DNA of 64,000 bases, from positions 1,334,761-1,398,760 of the forward strand of contig NMRA01000009.1 of assembly GCA_002633005.1 (NCBI GenBank), in the 5' to 3' direction. A program made the translations under genes and the position numbers. Below are positions 60,901 through 64,000 of this stretch, in pieces (the first letter of the stretch is position 1; each line of letters begins with the position of its first letter). Under the pieces are notes generated by a model. That model saw nothing but the letters and a program-made list of their open reading frames with translations. It had not been told where the DNA came from and did no database searches. The stretch comes from Phoronis australis. Lineage: Eukaryota > Animalia > Phoronida.

Positions 60901-63370
60901 TTTCATAAGTTACACGATACTAATAACCACCCCTAGAAACATACCACGTGCAGTGCAATCGTGTGTGTGTGTGTCAATACATAGCGCTGCTCTTGTTTTT
61001 TGTATTTAGGAGCCATGGTTCTTTGAATCTGAATAGCAAACCAGAAGGGAGATTAAAAACATTCCTAATCAGAAACTTTCATAGGTCTTGTTAATAAGAC
61101 AGTGGTTTTGGTCCTAACAATAACTTTTCCAACTTAGACAGCGAGTCTGCCTGTTACTACTTGATCCTGGGTCTCAGTCTGTCGGCCTCCACGCAGACTT
61201 TAAAGTAATCAAATGTTCCTTGTTTTAAAACTTGATGTGGTTTCATTTATGGCAGAGGGGGATGATGTGAGCACACAAGAGATAGTATCCAGTCTCATAC
61301 AGGATGCCATGGAGTGTGATGACAAGATTGGTTCCACTGTACCTGTGGCCTCTGTACGGTTAGTTATTTATCCGAAGTTAGTGTGTCTGTGGTTACATTG
61401 CAATGTTATATGTAAGCTGATGATATTGTGAAGTTGTATTCTTCATTATTTGTACTAATTGCTTTGATTATTTGGAATTTTCTGAAGTAAATATGCTAAA
61501 TAGATCAATGTGCCAGTATACTAGAAGTATACTGCAACTACTGTCAGCCTTTTACGCACCAGATTTTGGTTACATCAGTGGTGTATCAACACTTTAAATC
61601 TGAAATGATCTGTGTCCCAACTAGGATTTGGGACTCAGCAGCAGTTGGGACAGAAATTTTAAATGATTCACAGGATGTGATCAACAGGTGGTGCCTCAGA
61701 GCCTTACGTGACCTCTTGCCTTATTTTTGTGGTGATGTAACACAGTTGTGTTAACTCTTATTCCTTTTATGATCACGTTGATCTCTGTGATATATTAAGC
61801 ATTACACTGGCGAGTCAATAATGGTCAATTTAAAAGTAAGATGAAGTAAGAACGACATACTTTACTAACTGACCACAAGATAACCATAGAAAAACAAAAC
61901 TTTTGTGACTGTCACAGACACTCGCCATTGTATAGAATGCAGCATCCCAAGATAAATGTGATATTAGTCAATATGCCTTTCAAGGACACCAGAACTGAAA
62001 TATTCATCACCCAACTCAGATATCCAGTATAATTAGGAATACCTGAGCAGAAATATGTATCTGGTGTTTAGTGAACCCTATGCTGTTGCCCAGTATCTCT
62101 GTAAATACCAGAACAACGCACATGTTGTTTATTTTTTTATGGAGAACTGTATTATACATATTGCTTTTCTACTCGCATGGTTAGGAACTCCGAATACGAT
62201 TCATATGGATTTCAAAGAGCACCTAGAGAAGACATTGAACTTGTTGCTATGGCTACAAATCTGCAGAAAAGATCAGATGAGATTACTACTAAAGTTCAGG
62301 TAAGGTTTGAAGTAGAGTTTTGAAATTAGATTGCAGTGTGGGGTGAGTGACATCTCGAAGAGAATCTTTTTCTGTCATGTCTGTTATGATAAACCTATCT
62401 CAAATAATGGGAAGCACTTTTGAGTCGAGTCAAACAACCACGTTAGGTGTTACATATGATTTCCCAAACACTGTCCATAAGTATCAAGTACTGGTTGGGA
62501 TTACAATAGCCACGTAATAACAGTGCCTGGACTTTGATGACTGCCTTCTTTTGTTTTGGTATTAGGGAACACAGATATGGCTGTCAGTGATAAGCACTGT
62601 CTGTTTGTGGCAACATTCGGTTGCGACTATTTCAGACACTGTAGACTATAAAAACTAAATCCGTCATTGAAAACTCGACTTTTTTAAATGCCAATCATTG
62701 GTTCTTACAAAGGGAAATGGAAATAATTGGCATTGCAACTGCTGTTCCTTTGTTTGATATGTCCCAACCTATATTGTGTAACCTGCCTGAACAACACAAT
62801 GGAGCAACTAGATTTGTGGACATCACTACAAAGTATTTTACTTATCTGATTTCTTTTTAATACCTTCAAAGAATGCACAGGAATTTGAATGGGAGAGTGT
62901 TCAGGAAAGAATGTTCTAAAGACATATACATATACACGTATAATACATATTCACATATATATATATGAACATATTTTTGGAAGTACATATATATATATGA
63001 ACATATTTTTGGAAGTAGTAGCTGGCATGGAAGCTGTTAACAATGTGAAGTGTCTGAATGAGAGCCTGTCTAGAATAGACAGGATTGTGAGACTTGCCGT
63101 AGGGTTGGAGCGCAATGCTAATGTATTGTGAGATGGGTGTTATTTAGATTTTCTGTGACAATGTATTATGATGTCTGAGTTAGTGGTTATAGATGCCAGG
63201 CAATAATAAGTCACTCCTTCTCCACAGGAAGCCAATTTGTTTGAGTCAGCGCAGGTCAGATGGGAGAACTATTTGAGAGTTGGTGGTCGAGAGATGCATC
63301 GGTCTCCAGAACTGAAGAACCTAATGAGAATGGGTGTTCCACATGAATTCAAGGAAGAAGTTTGGAAAAT
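45987..63370 (+). CDS. TBC1D2B: TBC1 domain family member 2/2B-like Rab GTPase-activating protein (PH, coiled coil, start of TBC domain); 3' end lies beyond the window
   Basis: Exons 45987-46363, 49497-49626, 50476-50680, 51435-51649, 53337-53464, 55026-55151, 56504-56711, [truncated exon ending 58904], 60115-60200, 61256-61358, 62185-62299, 63228-63370. PH domain KLCGYLNK..KTRWFVY..LVYYR..PLGEIDI..YWLQELQ; also LEAKFYQTHSKYLLLLNE, EYDSYGF and WENY..SPELKNLMRMGVPH..VWK. Probably a co-ortholog of vertebrate TBC1D2 and TBC1D2B. Confidence 0.88.
46701..46981. mobile_element. MITE with GGCCAAAAAA TIRs (possibly Zator-like)
   Basis: GGCCAAAAAA ... TTTTTTGGCC flanked by TGA/TAA. The interior matches 26778-27094 (CCACCTGAGATGA, GCTTG.CAAATCATGG, TTGCTTACC, TTTTTTAGTTGGT). 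Confidence 0.65.
47125..47389. mobile_element. Tc1/mariner-type MITE with TA TSD
   Basis: TA|CAGTAAACGTTCGGGTTA ... TAACCCGAATGTTTACGG|TA, with internal AAGCGCCC/AACCGCCC subrepeats. Confidence 0.8.
48750..48860 (+). mobile_element. Degenerate tRNA-derived SINE head
   Basis: A-box TGGCCTAGTGG and B-box-like GTTAGAGTC, followed by CCCTTGAGTCAGG as at 19964-20070. Confidence 0.5.
52250..52855. repeat. 32-bp minisatellite, ~18 diverged copies
   Basis: Unit GAATGTACCAAGGGCCGTCATGAATAGGGAGT. Confidence 0.92.
53917..54000. repeat. 21-bp tandem repeat x4
   Basis: Variants of CCTGGGGACAGTAAAATCTCA. Confidence 0.75.
55860..56210. repeat. Dispersed repeat, inverted partner of 43640-44000
   Basis: Collinear reverse-complement match to 43640-44000 over about 350 bp; boundaries approximate. 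Confidence 0.7.
56888..57116. repeat. 58-bp tandem repeat x4
   Basis: TCTGTTCTCATTAGTGGGCTGGTCACCAAAGGAGTGAACATTCATTAGGTCAGTAGAG at 56888, 56946, 57004 and 57062. Confidence 0.95.
57142..57396. mobile_element. Short MITE with CATGCGC TIRs
   Basis: CATGCGCACAC ... GTGCGCGCATG; subterminal hairpin GGGCTC-GAAT-GAGCCC followed by a C-run; no clear TSD. Confidence 0.55.
59254..59444. mobile_element. Degenerate or nested CAG.GGCGGATCC-type MITE
   Basis: Left CAGTGGCAGATTTAAAGGGGGG; two right-end-like sequences, CTGGATCCGCCTCTG (to 59406) and TTGATCCGTCTCTG (to 59444). Confidence 0.5.
60012..60025 (+). promoter_or_regulatory. CTCF-consensus-like motif
   Basis: CCACCAGGTGGCAG matches CCASYAGRKGGCRS. 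Confidence 0.45.
60879..60892 (-). promoter_or_regulatory. CTCF-consensus-like motif
   Basis: The reverse complement CCACCAGGGGGCAC matches CCASYAGRKGGCRS. Confidence 0.45.
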
Positions 63371-63536
63371 GTATGTTTTATACTATTAACTAATACCTGT
63401 TTTTAGGCTCCGGGATCTTTATCCAAAATAATCAGTTTTAAAAAAAATAATTTGCTCAAGTGGTTCTCACGTAGGTGCTTGATGTTTACTTATAGGCACG
63501 GAGAGGCTTTTATGTCAAAGTTTTTTTGTGTGTTCA

Positions 63537-64000
63537 TTTTTATACCCCCACATATTGATATGTGGGCGCATTATGCCATCATCCTTGTCCGTCCAGTGTT
63601 CGCTACCGTATCTCCAAGACCCTTGGATGTATGTTCATGAAATTTAACAGATAGGGTGGGACAGCATGAGTTACTTTACAAGTTTTTATGAAATTTAGCA
63701 AATAGGTGTCTGCAAAGGAGACCATGCCGTCTTCTTGTTTTCAGATGCATTTTATGTATTCCGCGTACTTTAAGAATGATTATGATAATTGTTGTATGTG
63801 CTCCTAGTAGGAAGAGGAGCACTGACGTTGATTTTCGTGTGGCTCTGACTACTGCGCCCCCTGTGGCAGTTATGTTTTATTTGGGGATTAAATTCTGTGG
63901 CTATATCTTATGAACCCCGTGAAGGAACTGTGTTGAATTTGCCAAGTGTATTTCTATGAAGGTGACACCAAATGGTAACGCCTTTCGGATGGTTCCAACT
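63537..64000 (+). mobile_element. Third, diverged copy of the HINE-like family in opposite orientation
   Basis: TTTTTATACCCCCACATATTGATATGTGGGCGCATTATGCCATCATCC..GTCCGTCC..TCTCCAAGACCCTT..TTCATGAAATTT matches the reverse complement of ~1530-1667. Confidence 0.7.

Overview
AT-rich, intron-rich eukaryotic (invertebrate animal-like) draft-genome window. I hand-spliced four housekeeping genes arranged as two divergent pairs. DDX24 DEAD-box helicase (-, 16 coding exons) is head-to-head with NSMCE1 (+, 7 coding exons). MTG1 mitochondrial GTPase (-, 9 exons) is head-to-head with a TBC1D2/2B Rab-GAP (+, runs off the right end). DDX24 and MTG1 each carry a GT-AG minor-spliceosome (U12-type) intron. 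Introns and intergenic DNA hold non-autonomous Helentron/HINE-like elements, several MITEs (two with 6-bp TSDs), a 555-bp foldback, tRNA-SINE and Penelope remnants, and many minisatellites. The most striking signal is a HINE-like family whose ~150-bp internal repeats each carry a co-oriented CTCF-consensus-like motif. Several N joins duplicate or truncate exons and are probably assembly/haplotype artefacts. No prokaryotic system or CRISPR array is present. Gene and element family names come from recalled motifs, not database searches.
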